Shown here one piece after another: positions 20,801 to 31,780 of a stretch of DNA of 64,000 nt. Every line of letters begins with the position of its first letter. Within the stretch, counting starts at the first letter, position 1. The position numbers were made by a program, and so were the translations under genes. The stretch comes from Patescibacteria group bacterium (GTDB lineage: Bacteria > Patescibacteriota > Patescibacteriia > Veblenbacterales > UBA10138). Below the pieces are notes generated by a model. That model worked only from the letters and a program-made list of their open reading frames with translations. It was not told the origin of the DNA and ran no database searches. Location of the stretch: NCBI GenBank assembly GCA_041648575.1, contig JBAZOT010000003.1, forward strand, positions 14,895-78,894, read 5' to 3'.

Positions 20801-20929
20801 AATTACAGTAGTTTTGCCCGTGCCAGCGCCAGCCACTATAAGAAGCGGCCCATCGCCATGCGTCACCGCCACTTTTTGTTCGGGATTTAAATCTTTGAGC
20901 AAATCATTGGTTCCTAACTTTTTCACCAT
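17897..20929 (-). CDS. UvrD/PcrA-type ATP-dependent DNA helicase fused to a C-terminal PD-(D/E)XK (RecB-like) nuclease domain
   Basis: Walker A AGAGTGKT and helicase motifs. C-terminal IIDYKTG...HKDGGHDCQYKFLI is a RecB-like nuclease motif with Cys residues. Confidence 0.85.
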   Translation of the reverse strand: MVKKLGTNDLLKDLNPEQKVAVTHGDGPLLIVAGAGTGKTTVITRRIAWLIEQKKAKPNEILALTFTDKAAGEMEERVDKLLPLGYVNLWVSTFHSFAERVLKDYGLDIGLPGDFKLLNTTEQWLLVKQNLDKFDLDYYRPLGNSTKFVHALIKHFSRAKDEEVYPGDYLKLAESQRLNTGQSEFLKISKSKSTRKSKDVEKTESEIINEDENESVRLQEVARAYHVYQKLLLDNNALDFGDLINYCLKLFRTRLGVLKHFQKQFKYILIDEFQDTNYAQYELIKILAAPANNVTVVGDDDQSIFKFRGASISNILEFKKDYPQAKEILLITNYRSTQDILDLSYKFIQQNNPYRLEIKLSQGAKKLSKKLKAVSCESGNIELLTYSNLHQESFGVINKIVELKKIDSEATWDDFAILVRANASAEPFLQGLRKASIPFEYVASRGLYQEAIILDLMAYFKLLDNYHESQALYRILTTPWFKLPNSDLSSLLYFANRKALSLYEAINQSKTIPLSTEGQKIVENLLNFITKHSSFAREKTASETYLRVIRDIGVSDWLVQNQDNYEVIKQANYLTAFFKKTQEFELDNTDKSLNNFLNLFALELEAGEEGELPPAWEEGPEMVKVITVHSAKGLEFKYVFIVQLVDRRFPSTERREAIVLPTELIKEILPEGDVHLQEERRLFYVAMTRAKRSLYFTYALDYFGKQKRKPSQFLYELGLADKNVYDKSTVKDESMLDKKETSVKTRKVSYSIPEHFSFSSISSYLKCPLEFKYRYLLKIPTPGNAYLSFGSSMHKALEHFMKLWQSRLSSEQLGLFTAGSKTKGKIQLPTIKELENIYQEVWLDDWYESKQERENFKKRGLEQIKTFYDAIKNNPPQPKYIEQFFKIRFGDYKFVGKIDRMDVTVGGVNIIDYKTGENPPKNLAKVDKDQLLIYQLAAQEFLQEKVVNCQYWYLNKNVWSDPFLGAAEELEDLQARYLEVIEQIIESIKQDNFSEIHKDGGHDCQYKFLI

Positions 20930-21035
20930 AACTTTAGTTTATCAATCATTGACAAATTAGACTAGATGGTGTAAAATGTTTTTACAAAAAACAAAGTATT
21001 ATTTACAATATCTAAATATAGAAAGGAAAACTGCA

Positions 21036-21263
21036 ATGATAAATACATCTGGTTGCTCAATGGCCGTTATTGTTGGTATATGTCTAATACTTATGGCTGA
21101 TTTTATTGCACTTATGGGTGCGATCCCACAATATAACTCCATGATTATAATACTCGCGATTGTAATAATGGCAATGGGAATTTTGACACTTAGTATTTCC
21201 GCGTATTTTTGGTTAAATAGACTTGACCATAATCAGGGGGAAATATTGAAAAAATTAAAATAA
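21036..21263 (+). CDS. Hypothetical small membrane protein
   Basis: GAAAGGA ribosome-binding site 8 nt upstream of the ATG at 21036. Two TM helices. The ORF track places the start earlier, at 20976. Confidence 0.4.
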   Translation: MINTSGCSMAVIVGICLILMADFIALMGAIPQYNSMIIILAIVIMAMGILTLSISAYFWLNRLDHNQGEILKKLK

Positions 21264-21379
21264 CTAAATTAAACACAAACGATTTGACGCTGACAAAAAA
21301 AATTGCCGGCGTTTTTTATAAAATTTAAAAAGTGACCCATAATATTTATGAGCCACTTCATGTTAGATAAATCTCTGTT

Positions 21380-21904
21380 TTACATCTTTACAATATACTG
21401 ACGCCGTTTGCTACCACTGAAAACATGTAATATTGGAATAACTTCCAATAATTCTCCTTGCTGTGGTGGAAATTTTTTTTCACTATAAGATGAAAACAAG
21501 GCTTTGGTCACAAAATATGCTTCGCGTAGCATTAATAATAACTTATCAACACTAATATCTTTAACTCTAGCCCAAGCGCAAGGGTAATGAACTCCAAGAA
21601 CAATTGTATGAATATCCTTCATTATTGCGCCATCTACTAATTGCTTTAATAAAGCAACGCGCAACGGATTATCAAGTTCATCAATACCTAGAACCGCAGC
21701 ACCACCATGATGAGAAAAAATATGAATTCGTTTGTTAAATTGATGATGGTGTGTTATCCAATCATGTGAATGATCACCGTCAGAACAGATAATAAGTTCA
21801 ATTCCGTCTGCACGAGTTAAACTTGAGGAATCAACATCAAGTAGCAGACCGGCTTTTCGCCAAGATGCAATACGTTGAATATCTTCTTTATTAATATCTA
21901 CCAT
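21380..21904 (-). CDS. Hypothetical protein, possibly divergent beta-carbonic-anhydrase-like metal-binding protein
   Basis: ICSDGD and VHYPC resemble the CxDxR / HxxC zinc ligands of beta-CA, but the Arg is replaced. Weak. Confidence 0.3.
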   Translation of the reverse strand: MVDINKEDIQRIASWRKAGLLLDVDSSSLTRADGIELIICSDGDHSHDWITHHHQFNKRIHIFSHHGGAAVLGIDELDNPLRVALLKQLVDGAIMKDIHTIVLGVHYPCAWARVKDISVDKLLLMLREAYFVTKALFSSYSEKKFPPQQGELLEVIPILHVFSGSKRRQYIVKM

Positions 21905-22022
21905 ATTTTTTTCCTTTGATTAATTTATTTATAAAGAACAACATTTTTTAATACTTTATAATATATTAGTAATCAAAAAATGTCAAGAGTAAAAATATTT
22001 AACTGATTATAAATTCTATTTA

Positions 22023-22472
22023 TTATTCTTCAATTCTTGGCCCCAGTGGCTTACGGTCGCGTCTTTTGCGAACTACCTTAAGCCGAGCTAATTCTTTTTC
22101 CAACTTAGCTGCCAAAGCTGTGTAATCAACTGCCTCAACCTGTTTTTTCTCCATTAAATCCTTGGCTCTTTGTCGCGCTTCTTCTGCTCTAATTTCATCA
22201 ATTTCTTCTGCTCGTTCTGCTGTATCTGCCAGCACCACGACTTTACCAGGTCTAACCTCAATAAATCCACCAGAAACTGCCATAGAAATTTCTTCATTGC
22301 CAATCTTTACTCTGACTTCTCCAGGAACTAATGAAGATACCAAAGGAAGATGATTTGGCAAAACAGTAATCTCGCCCATTTTAGTCGGCAGAGTAATTGA
22401 TTCCACATTTGGCGCGTCAAACACCACGCGTTCGGGGGTGGCTATTTGAAAATGAAGATTTTTTTCAGACAT
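22023..22472 (-). CDS. atpC: ATP synthase F1 epsilon subunit
   Basis: Typical epsilon sequence and position after atpD. Confidence 0.9.
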   Translation of the reverse strand: MSEKNLHFQIATPERVVFDAPNVESITLPTKMGEITVLPNHLPLVSSLVPGEVRVKIGNEEISMAVSGGFIEVRPGKVVVLADTAERAEEIDEIRAEEARQRAKDLMEKKQVEAVDYTALAAKLEKELARLKVVRKRRDRKPLGPRIEE

Positions 22473-22492
22473 AAATTTTAAACACTTAGAAT

Positions 22493-23899
<1,407 letters not shown>

Positions 23900-24022
23900 T
23901 TAATAGTTGATAGTTATTAGTAATAAATTTAAGCTATTGACAGATTAATAAGTTTATATTAAGGTTAGATAAAATTCAAGATAAATAATTAATTAAAATT
24001 GTAAATTTCTAAGGAGTAAAAA

Positions 24023-24220
24023 ATGATTATCTATATCTACGACATATTAACCCCTGATGACCTAACCATCACTGAACTTAGAGAATTAATGAATCATTAT
24101 GGCCAAAAAGGAATTAAAGTCAAAGTGCTACACATAGAAAAAATTCGGGGGGGAATTGTACAAAATTGCGGTAATATTATTTTACAAACAACACAAGAAG
24201 TGGCTACCATCCAAAAATAA
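24023..24220 (+). CDS. Hypothetical 65-aa protein encoded antisense within the atpG-atpD spacer
   Basis: Strong SD AAGGAG 8 nt upstream of the ATG. Weak hairpin plus T-run downstream. No recognisable homology. Confidence 0.4.
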   Translation: MIIYIYDILTPDDLTITELRELMNHYGQKGIKVKVLHIEKIRGGIVQNCGNIILQTTQEVATIQK

Positions 24221-24327
24221 AATACTCCTGTCAAATATCAATTTATTCGTTTCTTCAACTCCAGCGATGAATACATCAACGGAGTTTTTTATTTTCTTAA
24301 AATTACAGTTTTTATTTTTTCTGGATT

Positions 24328-24377
24328 CCCCCACTACGCGGGGCAAGCCGCTGGAGTTTATCCCCGCGTAGGCGGGG
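24328..24377. repeat. GC-rich palindromic element (inverted pair of CRISPR type I-E-repeat-like units)
   Basis: cccccactacgcgggg ... ccccgcgtaggcgggg forms a ~14-bp GC stem. The unit gagtttatccccgcgtaggcggggacggg shares about 20 of 29 positions with the reverse complement of the E. coli type I-E CRISPR repeat. Only this inverted pair is present, with no spacers. Confidence 0.5.
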
Positions 24378-24427
24378 ACGGGAATGACGTTTTTAAATCT
24401 TACTCTATACTCTTACTCTTACTTAAT

Positions 24428-25369
24428 TCATCCTTCCACCGCTACACGGCCGCCAGTGATATCTGCTAATTCCGTGGTAATTGAAGCTTGGCGCGCCTGG
24501 TTATAAGTTAGGGTTAATGAGGAAACCATATCGTCCGCTGCGTCAGAGGCATTGCGCATAGCCAACATTCTGGCTGAATGCTCCGAAGCATCAGATTCTA
24601 AAAGAGCTTGGTAAATTTGCACCTCAAGCAACCTGGGGAGCAAATCTTCCAGTACCTGATCTGGTGTTGGTTCAAATAAATATTCGTAATTATATAAATA
24701 CGACGGCTGGTACTTTTCTGACTGATTTGGTTTATCTTGATCCGGTATGCGCGCTTGACCTAAATCAGCATCTGCTTCAATTTCTATTGGCAGTAATTGT
24801 TTAATACGTGGTTTTTGTGCCATGGGAGAAATAAAATCCGTATATGCCATTACCACGCGATCATAATAACCACGCAAATAATCATCAATTAATAATTTGG
24901 CAATCGGAGTTACCTCGTCAATTCTGGTGGTAATGTCAGCTTTGGTAAACTCTGCCATGATAGTATGACCATGTCTAAACATAATGTCGCGACCACGCTT
25001 TCCTACAGCCACTAAATCAGCCTCTAGCTCAACCTGCTGACTGCGATGGCGTTCAATATATAAATTTGCTCTATTAGCCAACTGATGATTAAATCCACCG
25101 CATAATCCACGATTAGATGTAACTATCACCAACCCAATATGTTTGGTGGTTTCTCGACGATGCAATAACGGGTGGTGGGCAGGATCGGTGCGCCTAACTA
25201 GCTCCTGCAGCATTTCCCAGCCCAAATTAGCATAAGTACGCGTAGCTAAAACATTGGCTACTGCTTTTCTCATTTTAGCAGCCGACACCATTTCCATTGC
25301 TCGAGTTATTTGATTGGTGTTTTTTATGGAGCGTATTCGCCTTTTTATTTCGCGAGTAGCCTGGGGCAT
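24428..25369 (-). CDS. atpG: ATP synthase F1 gamma subunit
   Basis: Typical gamma sequence. Confidence 0.9.
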   Translation of the reverse strand: MPQATREIKRRIRSIKNTNQITRAMEMVSAAKMRKAVANVLATRTYANLGWEMLQELVRRTDPAHHPLLHRRETTKHIGLVIVTSNRGLCGGFNHQLANRANLYIERHRSQQVELEADLVAVGKRGRDIMFRHGHTIMAEFTKADITTRIDEVTPIAKLLIDDYLRGYYDRVVMAYTDFISPMAQKPRIKQLLPIEIEADADLGQARIPDQDKPNQSEKYQPSYLYNYEYLFEPTPDQVLEDLLPRLLEVQIYQALLESDASEHSARMLAMRNASDAADDMVSSLTLTYNQARQASITTELADITGGRVAVEG

Positions 25370-25404
25370 ATTAAAAATTTAAAATTTAAAAATCAAAATG
25401 AAAA

Positions 25405-26907
25405 CTAAACTATCATTTTTTTAACCTCTTCAACTGCTGTCTTAATTGCTTGTTCAATTTCTGGAGTTAATTCTTTTTTATCAGCAATCTGTTTTAATAC
25501 CGGCTGTCCTTTTAGATAATGATGGAATTTCTTTTCAAAATCAGAAATTTTCTCGACTGCTACATCATCCAGTAAACCATTAACTACCGAGTACAATATG
25601 GCGATTTGATTTGTAACGGACAAAGGTTCATACTGGCCTTGTTTTAAAATTTCAGTAATACGCTTACCTCGCTCTAATTGTTTCTTAGTTGTTTCGTCTA
25701 AATCAGAACCAAACTGGGCAAAAGCGGCGAGCTCTCTGTATTGGGCCACATCCAAACGCAATTTTCCAGCAACTTTTTTCATCGCCTTAACCTGTGCTTT
25801 TGAGCCAACGCGCGATACTGATAACCCCACATTAACTGCTGGCCTAATACCCTGATAAAATAAATCGCTTTCTAAATAGATCTGACCATCGGTAATGGAA
25901 ATAACATTAGTGGGAATATAAGCTGATACGTCGCCAGCTTGCGTTTCAATAATCGGCAAAGCTGTTAAACTTCCACCGCCATAATCTTTGTTGAGCTTAG
26001 CGGAACGTTCCAGTAACCGGGAATGTAAATAAAAAATATCTCCCGGATATGCCTCACGTCCTGGTGGCCTCCTTAGTAATAAAGAAATCTGCCTGTAGGC
26101 CACTGCATGTTTGGATAAATCATCATAAATCAACAACACATCTTTACCTTTATCCATAAAATATTCTCCCATTGCACATCCGGAGTATGGCGCTAAAAAC
26201 GTTAACGCCGCCGGATCCGAAGCACCAGCTACCACCACAGTGGTATAATCCATGGCGCCGAATTCCTGTAACTTGGCAACAATTTTTGCCACTTTTGATT
26301 CTTTTTGTCCAATGGCAACATAAACACAAAATACCTCCTGACCTTTTTGATTAATAATCGTATCAACCGCCAAAGCAGTTTTACCGGTTTGCCGGTCACC
26401 AATAATAAGCTCGCGCTGCCCGCGACCAATGGGAATCATTGAATCAATTGCTTTAATACCGGTTTGCAACGGGGTGTCGACTGATTGCCTAGTAATAACA
26501 CGTGGAGCAATTTTTTCTACTGGATAAAAAGTTTCAGCTTTAACTGGGCCTTTACCATCTAGTGGTTCGCCCAAGGGATCAACTACGCGACCGACAATTC
26601 CCTTGCCAGTAGGAACAGATAATATACGGCCAGTGGTTTTTACTGTGTCTCCTTGTTTAATCTCCACATAGTCCCCTAAAATCATGACTCCGACCATTGC
26701 TTCTTCTAAATTTAAAGCCACACCAAAAATTCCTTTGGGAAATTCAACCATTTCGCCTGATTGTACCGTCGCTAAACCAGAAATTTTAGCAATACCATCG
26801 CCTACCTCCACTACTGTACCGATTTTTTCGCCTGTTACCTTTCCTTCAAAATCAGCTAATTTGCTGGTTAATGATTTTAATAAACTTTCTTTGGTAATTT
26901 CAGTCAT
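25405..26907 (-). CDS. atpA: ATP synthase F1 alpha subunit
   Basis: Walker A GDRQTGKT. Conserved alpha subunit. Confidence 0.97.
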   Translation of the reverse strand: MTEITKESLLKSLTSKLADFEGKVTGEKIGTVVEVGDGIAKISGLATVQSGEMVEFPKGIFGVALNLEEAMVGVMILGDYVEIKQGDTVKTTGRILSVPTGKGIVGRVVDPLGEPLDGKGPVKAETFYPVEKIAPRVITRQSVDTPLQTGIKAIDSMIPIGRGQRELIIGDRQTGKTALAVDTIINQKGQEVFCVYVAIGQKESKVAKIVAKLQEFGAMDYTTVVVAGASDPAALTFLAPYSGCAMGEYFMDKGKDVLLIYDDLSKHAVAYRQISLLLRRPPGREAYPGDIFYLHSRLLERSAKLNKDYGGGSLTALPIIETQAGDVSAYIPTNVISITDGQIYLESDLFYQGIRPAVNVGLSVSRVGSKAQVKAMKKVAGKLRLDVAQYRELAAFAQFGSDLDETTKKQLERGKRITEILKQGQYEPLSVTNQIAILYSVVNGLLDDVAVEKISDFEKKFHHYLKGQPVLKQIADKKELTPEIEQAIKTAVEEVKKMIV

Positions 26908-26931
26908 ATAAGCTATTTAAAAAATTAATTT

Positions 26932-27327
26932 CTAATTTGTTAATTGATAATATAATTTGTCCAGCTTTCCTTTAACGCTAAAATCGAACCGTTCGCCATC
27001 TATAACTACCACTACTCCACCCAGCAAATGTGGCTTAACCTGCCATTCAACAGTAAATTCTCCCGGAACAGATTTTTTCAAGCTACTTACTAAGCCTTTT
27101 TGCTCTTGAGTATTAAGCTCCCTGCCGGTGGTAATTAATATTTGATGTTCCTGAGTTAAAGAATGCCAAACATCGTTAACCTCCTGAACAATTCTCTTGC
27201 GCCAAACAAAATGCTTGTTTTTTAGAACTTGTTGCCATAAACAGTCAATAATTTTATCTTTATTTGCTGGCTGCCGCAAGACATCGGAGATTAATTGTTT
27301 AGCGTAATAGCGAGGACTTATTTTCAT
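26932..27327 (-). CDS. atpH: ATP synthase F1 delta subunit (OSCP), short form
   Basis: C-terminal LGGVVVVIDGERFDFSVKGKLDKL, characteristic of delta. Position between atpF and atpA. Confidence 0.7.
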   Translation of the reverse strand: MKISPRYYAKQLISDVLRQPANKDKIIDCLWQQVLKNKHFVWRKRIVQEVNDVWHSLTQEHQILITTGRELNTQEQKGLVSSLKKSVPGEFTVEWQVKPHLLGGVVVVIDGERFDFSVKGKLDKLYYQLTN

Positions 27328-27329
27328 AA

Positions 27330-27845
27330 TTATTTTTTGTGATTACGATTAGTTATTTCTTGCATTGCTTCATCAATCACTTTTTTGTCTAAAGTAGGAG
27401 TTGTTACTTTACCTAAAACTTTAGCCACTGCTTGGACCACTAAACTAGAGGCCTGCTTTTTAACTTCATTTAACATCTCTTCTTTCTCCACTATAAATTT
27501 TTGACGTGTCTCCTGAACCACTCGTTCTGCTTCGGTACGTACTTTTTGCAACGTTTCCTGACGCTGGACTTCGCTTCTGGCTTCACCCTGGCGCTGAATT
27601 TCTTCCGACTGTTTTCTAGCCTCAGTTAAAACCTCTTCTCGAGTTATGGTTAATTGCTTCATTTCTTGTTCAATCCGTTTGGCGTCGGCTAGACTTTTTT
27701 CTATTTCCTTGGTCCGACTGTCCATAGTTTTCATTAATGGTTTAAGTGCAAATTTCCACAATACTCCTATTACAATACCGAAATTGATTAATTGGGCAAT
27801 CATTAATTTCCAATCAACGTGAAATGTATTTATAAAATCTTCCAT
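27330..27845 (-). CDS. atpF: ATP synthase Fo subunit b
   Basis: N-terminal TM helix plus a long charged coiled coil. Confidence 0.8.
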   Translation of the reverse strand: MEDFINTFHVDWKLMIAQLINFGIVIGVLWKFALKPLMKTMDSRTKEIEKSLADAKRIEQEMKQLTITREEVLTEARKQSEEIQRQGEARSEVQRQETLQKVRTEAERVVQETRQKFIVEKEEMLNEVKKQASSLVVQAVAKVLGKVTTPTLDKKVIDEAMQEITNRNHKK

Positions 27846-27916
27846 AAATATTAATTAAAAATAATCATTTTTCGGCAGAAGGCTTGCGTTTTTCAAACCT
27901 TCTGAATGAAAAACAA

Positions 27917-28174
<258 letters not shown>

Positions 28175-28223
28175 TTATTATTTAACGTCACCAGCAAATA
28201 CTCAGTTAATTAATAAATGCAAA

Positions 28224-29153
28224 TTAATGTTCCTCTGCTGTCGAAGCAACAGAAAAATAAACTAAAGTTAGCATGGCAAAAATCAACGCCTGAACAACAC
28301 CCACTATTACTTCTAAAAACATGAAGGGTATAGGCAAGACAAAAGCAAAAATTACGGCAATTGATGCTAATAATACTTCACCTGCAAAAATATTACCAAA
28401 TAATCGAAAAGATAGTGAAGCGACTTTGGCCGCTTCTCCAATAATTTCAATCAAACCAACAAAAAATTTTACTGGACTGATAAAAATTACTGCCGGCTCT
28501 TTAATTATTTTCTTTGGTATATTTATTAATTCCTTAATGTTAATAAACTTATTAAAATATTTCCAAATGCCTACTGAAATAACGCCAAAAAGATTTGAAC
28601 CAATCACCGCCATCACTGCCAAAACAAAAGTAGTGTTGAAATCTGCGGTAGCGCCACGTAACAATGGAACAAAAACTTGGTGTCCGCTCTCAACCTCTAT
28701 AAAACCAACCGACCCAACTCCTGGTAACAATCCTAACCAATTATTCAATAGAATAAAAATAAAAATCACAAAAACAAAGGGAAAAATTTTAAGAGATTTT
28801 TTTCGATCACCGGTAACTTGGTCAGCCAACCCTAATGACCCTTCAATAATAGTTTCCAACGCAGTTTGCAACCGCGAGGGAATTCTGGTTATTCTTTTGC
28901 TAATTACCATAGCAAATAAAACCAAAATCACCACTACCAACCAAGAATTAATTAATGAATTAGTAACTGTAAAATTGCCAATGTGAAAAATCGGTTCTGA
29001 ATACAAAGTAACTTCGTGAGTTACCTGCTGTTCTATATTTTCTTCATTAATCAAGGTAGTTTCATTATTAACTGGTAATTGAAGATTATTGGTTTCTTCT
29101 GCTAACATCATTAGTGGTCTTTCTTTGACGCGCTTCTTTGTCTGCTTCCGCAA
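28224..29153 (-). CDS. atpB: ATP synthase Fo subunit a (with N-terminal extension; true start probably downstream of 29153)
   Basis: LSFRLFGNIFAGE motif with the essential Arg. The first ~23 codons overlap the atpI-like ORF, so an internal Met start is likely. Confidence 0.85.
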   Translation of the reverse strand: MRKQTKKRVKERPLMMLAEETNNLQLPVNNETTLINEENIEQQVTHEVTLYSEPIFHIGNFTVTNSLINSWLVVVILVLFAMVISKRITRIPSRLQTALETIIEGSLGLADQVTGDRKKSLKIFPFVFVIFIFILLNNWLGLLPGVGSVGFIEVESGHQVFVPLLRGATADFNTTFVLAVMAVIGSNLFGVISVGIWKYFNKFINIKELINIPKKIIKEPAVIFISPVKFFVGLIEIIGEAAKVASLSFRLFGNIFAGEVLLASIAVIFAFVLPIPFMFLEVIVGVVQALIFAMLTLVYFSVASTAEEH

Positions 29154-29367
29154 TATATCTGGAAGCGATGCGAGTTATAGACAAGGTAGCAACAACAATT
29201 CCTAAACTTAATAAAATTAAAGTATACAGAGGTTCGCTATTATATATTTTATCCAAAATCCTGCCGCCATAAAGCGCCGCGATTATAGGCACCACAATTA
29301 ACCCAGTTACTTCCGAAAAAAGCGCCAGGGCTTGGTGCCACCACTGGTTATTTTTTTGCTCAATCAT
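29086..29367 (-). CDS. AtpI/AtpZ-like small membrane protein preceding atpB
   Basis: 93-aa protein with 2 TM helices at the head of the atp operon. Confidence 0.4.
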   Translation of the reverse strand: MIEQKNNQWWHQALALFSEVTGLIVVPIIAALYGGRILDKIYNSEPLYTLILLSLGIVVATLSITRIASRYIAEADKEARQRKTTNDVSRRNQ

Positions 29368-29602
29368 AGCTTTATTTTACCCCTAGACGCTCCTTTTGGA
29401 CAGCGCAATCTAAAGCATTGATTATTAACTCGCTCGGACTAAATAAACTTATGATGATAAATAAAAAGGGCAGTGGTAAAACCTCAAGCGAGTATTATAA
29501 CCATTTTTTATGATTACGTCAATGGTTAATAAATTTTTTGGCTAAAATTAGATAAAAAACAAATATAACTCTAATTTTTAAGAGTTTTTTATCTATTATA
29601 AT

Positions 29603-30649
29603 TTATTCATCCTCGTTCTTCGGCTTATCTAAAACTAATGGTTCAATCTCGGCCGCCGTTCCAGAAATTCTTAGCACATCCTTATCTATCTTCCCCAATT
29701 CTTTATAAGCAATATTGTAAGTACTAACAGTTGTTCCTAAATGCCCACCCAACTTTTTCATATACTCTTCGTAACTGGCAATATGTCTCCCTAACGCTTC
29801 TACGTTTTTTCTAATCTCTTTAGCCGATTCTTCTATTTGTAAAGCTTTCAAACCCTGCAGCACAGTTTGTAAATATGCCAAAAAAGAAGTTGGCGAAACT
29901 ATAATCACATGTTTTTCTTTAAACGCATACTCAATTAAATCACGGGTATTAACTTTTACCGCGCCAACCTGTGTCACTAACAAATCATAATAAATTGCCT
30001 CATGCGGAATAAACATAAAAGCAAACTCCATGGTTTTTTCAGCTGGTTTTACGTATTTTGAAGTTTCATCAATTCGCGCCTTTAAATCAGCTTTAAAGGT
30101 TTTTTCTAACCGCTCGCGTTCTACTGGATCTCTTTCTTCAGCTAAACGATTATAATTTTCCAGAGAAAACTTAGAATCAATGGGAATAATTTTGTCTTTT
30201 ACAAAAACTACTGCGTCTACAATCGTACCGTCTTTAAATTCATATTGCATCTGGTAACTGCCAGTTGGTAAAACATTTTTTAATAAAGTCTCTAAATAAT
30301 ATTCACCCAATATTCCCCGCTGCTTTGGATTTTTCAAAATATCTTGTAAACTTTGCAGCTGATCAGCAAAATTAACCACCTGCTTGTTGGTTTCATCCAG
30401 CTTAGTCAGACGCTCGGTTACATCCCGTATTATTTTAGCTGACTCCCCAAACTGCTGTTGCATAGCCTTGGTTGATTCGCCCAATTTATTATCCAAAGTT
30501 CTGGTAATCTCATTTAGCTGGTTTTGGAGCATTAATAAACTATTTGCATCGGGTGCTGAACCAGTAGAAATGCGCGATTTCAATAATAAAAACAAGACGA
30601 CAAACCCTACTAGCACGACAATTAAAAGTATAATAAATTCTATACTCAT
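29603..30649 (-). CDS. rmuC: DNA recombination protein RmuC
   Basis: N-terminal TM helix plus coiled coil. QRGILGEYYLETLLKNVLP and the RmuC nuclease-like C-terminus. Confidence 0.85.
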   Translation of the reverse strand: MSIEFIILLIVVLVGFVVLFLLLKSRISTGSAPDANSLLMLQNQLNEITRTLDNKLGESTKAMQQQFGESAKIIRDVTERLTKLDETNKQVVNFADQLQSLQDILKNPKQRGILGEYYLETLLKNVLPTGSYQMQYEFKDGTIVDAVVFVKDKIIPIDSKFSLENYNRLAEERDPVERERLEKTFKADLKARIDETSKYVKPAEKTMEFAFMFIPHEAIYYDLLVTQVGAVKVNTRDLIEYAFKEKHVIIVSPTSFLAYLQTVLQGLKALQIEESAKEIRKNVEALGRHIASYEEYMKKLGGHLGTTVSTYNIAYKELGKIDKDVLRISGTAAEIEPLVLDKPKNEDE

Positions 30650-30777
30650 AGAATTATTATAACAGAACTTCGTTCTTTTGCCAGGATCTTATTTACTATA
30701 AAAATTGTGTTATACTTAAAGTAAATCTAACAAAAAGTGCCATTTTACAAATCAATACCCCTGAAAGGAGTAACGCC

Positions 30778-31488
30778 ATGACTAAAGCTCTGACTTTTAA
30801 TCGTACTACTTTTCCCCTTCTTTACCGTCGCTATTTAAGTATTGCTTTAACTATAGCAATCTTTGTACATCTTGCGGTAATTGCTGTTTATTATATTGTC
30901 TCGTCATTTACCGTTGAAGAGTCAATAGTAATGGTCAGACTAACAAAATATATCGACCTACCACCTCCACCATCAATAGATCAGGCTAATAATCCACCAA
31001 TAGTTAACTTTAATATACAAGCAACAATTGGAAAAGGGATACCCGTCCCTGTGCTTGACGCAGAAGTCAATCCCGATCAAACCATTGCTTCACAAACAGA
31101 ACTATCACAGCAAGCTAACGCCACCAGTAATATTTTAAATACTCAATCAAATGTAGAATTTATTCTTGACCAAAAAATTAATATTGAAGACGAGGAACCT
31201 CCTGATTTTGTGCCAGTAGAGAAACAACCTGTGCCTGTTAAGACTCAACAACCAGCATATCCTGAAATTGCCAGACGAGCTGGTGTGGAAGGAACTGTTT
31301 GGGTAAAAATTCTTATAGATAAAGAAGGTAAAGCTAAGAAAGCGGTAATTATTAAAAGCGATGCAGAGATATTTAATGAAGCGGCAATTCAGGCTGCACT
31401 GCAATGGGTGTTTACGCCCGCTATGATGAATAATGGTCCAGTTCAAGTATGGGCCGCTGTTCCTTTTCGTTTTAAATTAAATAAATAA
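30778..31488 (+). CDS. TonB C-terminal domain protein (energy transducer TonB family)
   Basis: N-terminal TM anchor and a Pro-rich linker. C-terminal YPEIARRAGVEGTVWVKILIDKEGK...AALQWVFTPA is the TonB_C fold signature. AGGAG SD 8 nt upstream of the start. Confidence 0.65.
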   Translation: MTKALTFNRTTFPLLYRRYLSIALTIAIFVHLAVIAVYYIVSSFTVEESIVMVRLTKYIDLPPPPSIDQANNPPIVNFNIQATIGKGIPVPVLDAEVNPDQTIASQTELSQQANATSNILNTQSNVEFILDQKINIEDEEPPDFVPVEKQPVPVKTQQPAYPEIARRAGVEGTVWVKILIDKEGKAKKAVIIKSDAEIFNEAAIQAALQWVFTPAMMNNGPVQVWAAVPFRFKLNK

Positions 31489-31527
31489 AAAAACTGCTTT
31501 GACAACATCAACTCAATAAACAAAACA

Positions 31528-31559
31528 ATCCCGTGTATTCCATCACGGGATTTTAATTT
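31528..31559 (+). terminator. Rho-independent terminator after the TonB-domain gene
   Basis: ATCCCGTG-tattccat-CACGGGAT followed by TTTAATTT. Confidence 0.6.
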
Positions 31560-31591
31560 ACCAAATAAATGTAATAATCCGAGTCGACAAC

Positions 31592-31629
31592 TAGTCATTT
31601 TTATGTCTGGCCAGACATAAAAATGACTA
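31592..31629. repeat. 38-bp perfect palindrome (tagtcatttttatgtctgg|ccagacataaaaatgacta)
   Basis: Exact reverse-complement symmetry, no spacer. The outer 9 nt (TAGTCATTT / AAATGACTA) and the 5' flank caac are shared with the palindrome at 32712..32749. Confidence 0.7.
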
Positions 31630-31780
31630 TCCCAATTTAAAGGGGAAATGGAGAAAATTTTTGGAATAAAATACATTCGAACCGCCACGCGATTTTAAAT
31701 ACCAAAAAAGGGCCACAAAACCAACTAAAACTATTATGATTAAAAATATAAATTCCGTATTCATAACACCATTCTAGCAA

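Noticed and set aside
23936-23970. Promoter for the antisense small ORF (TTGACA ... TAAGGT)
   Set aside because: The -10 hexamer is poor and the spacing is ambiguous, so it is not reported as a feature.
24323-24382. Possible CRISPR array, suggested by type I-E-like repeat sequence
   Set aside because: Only two repeat-like units are present, in inverted orientation and directly abutting. There are no spacers and no further copies in the window, and no cas genes nearby. Kept only as a palindromic element.
28321-28986. 221-aa plus-strand ORF antisense to atpB. Other long antisense ORFs of the same kind: 11530..12090, 36677..37069, 53141..53515, 5977..6273, 9037..9258.
   Set aside because: Each is fully embedded antisense in a well-supported conserved gene and has low-complexity K/T/I/S-rich composition typical of AT-rich antisense frames.
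29560-29600. Terminator after rmuC (AACTCT-taaaaatt-AGAGTT)
   Set aside because: The 6-bp AT-rich stem and interrupted T-run are too weak to call confidently. Mentioned here only.
31592-31629. 38-bp perfect palindromes as simple Rho-independent terminators
   Set aside because: Neither is followed by a T-run on either strand. Bona fide terminators for the flanking genes are present separately, at 31528..31559 and 31781..31814.
31650-31700. tRNA suggested by a TTCGAACC (GGTTCGAA on minus) motif
   Set aside because: The flanking sequence cannot form T-stem or acceptor pairings. It is an isolated motif.
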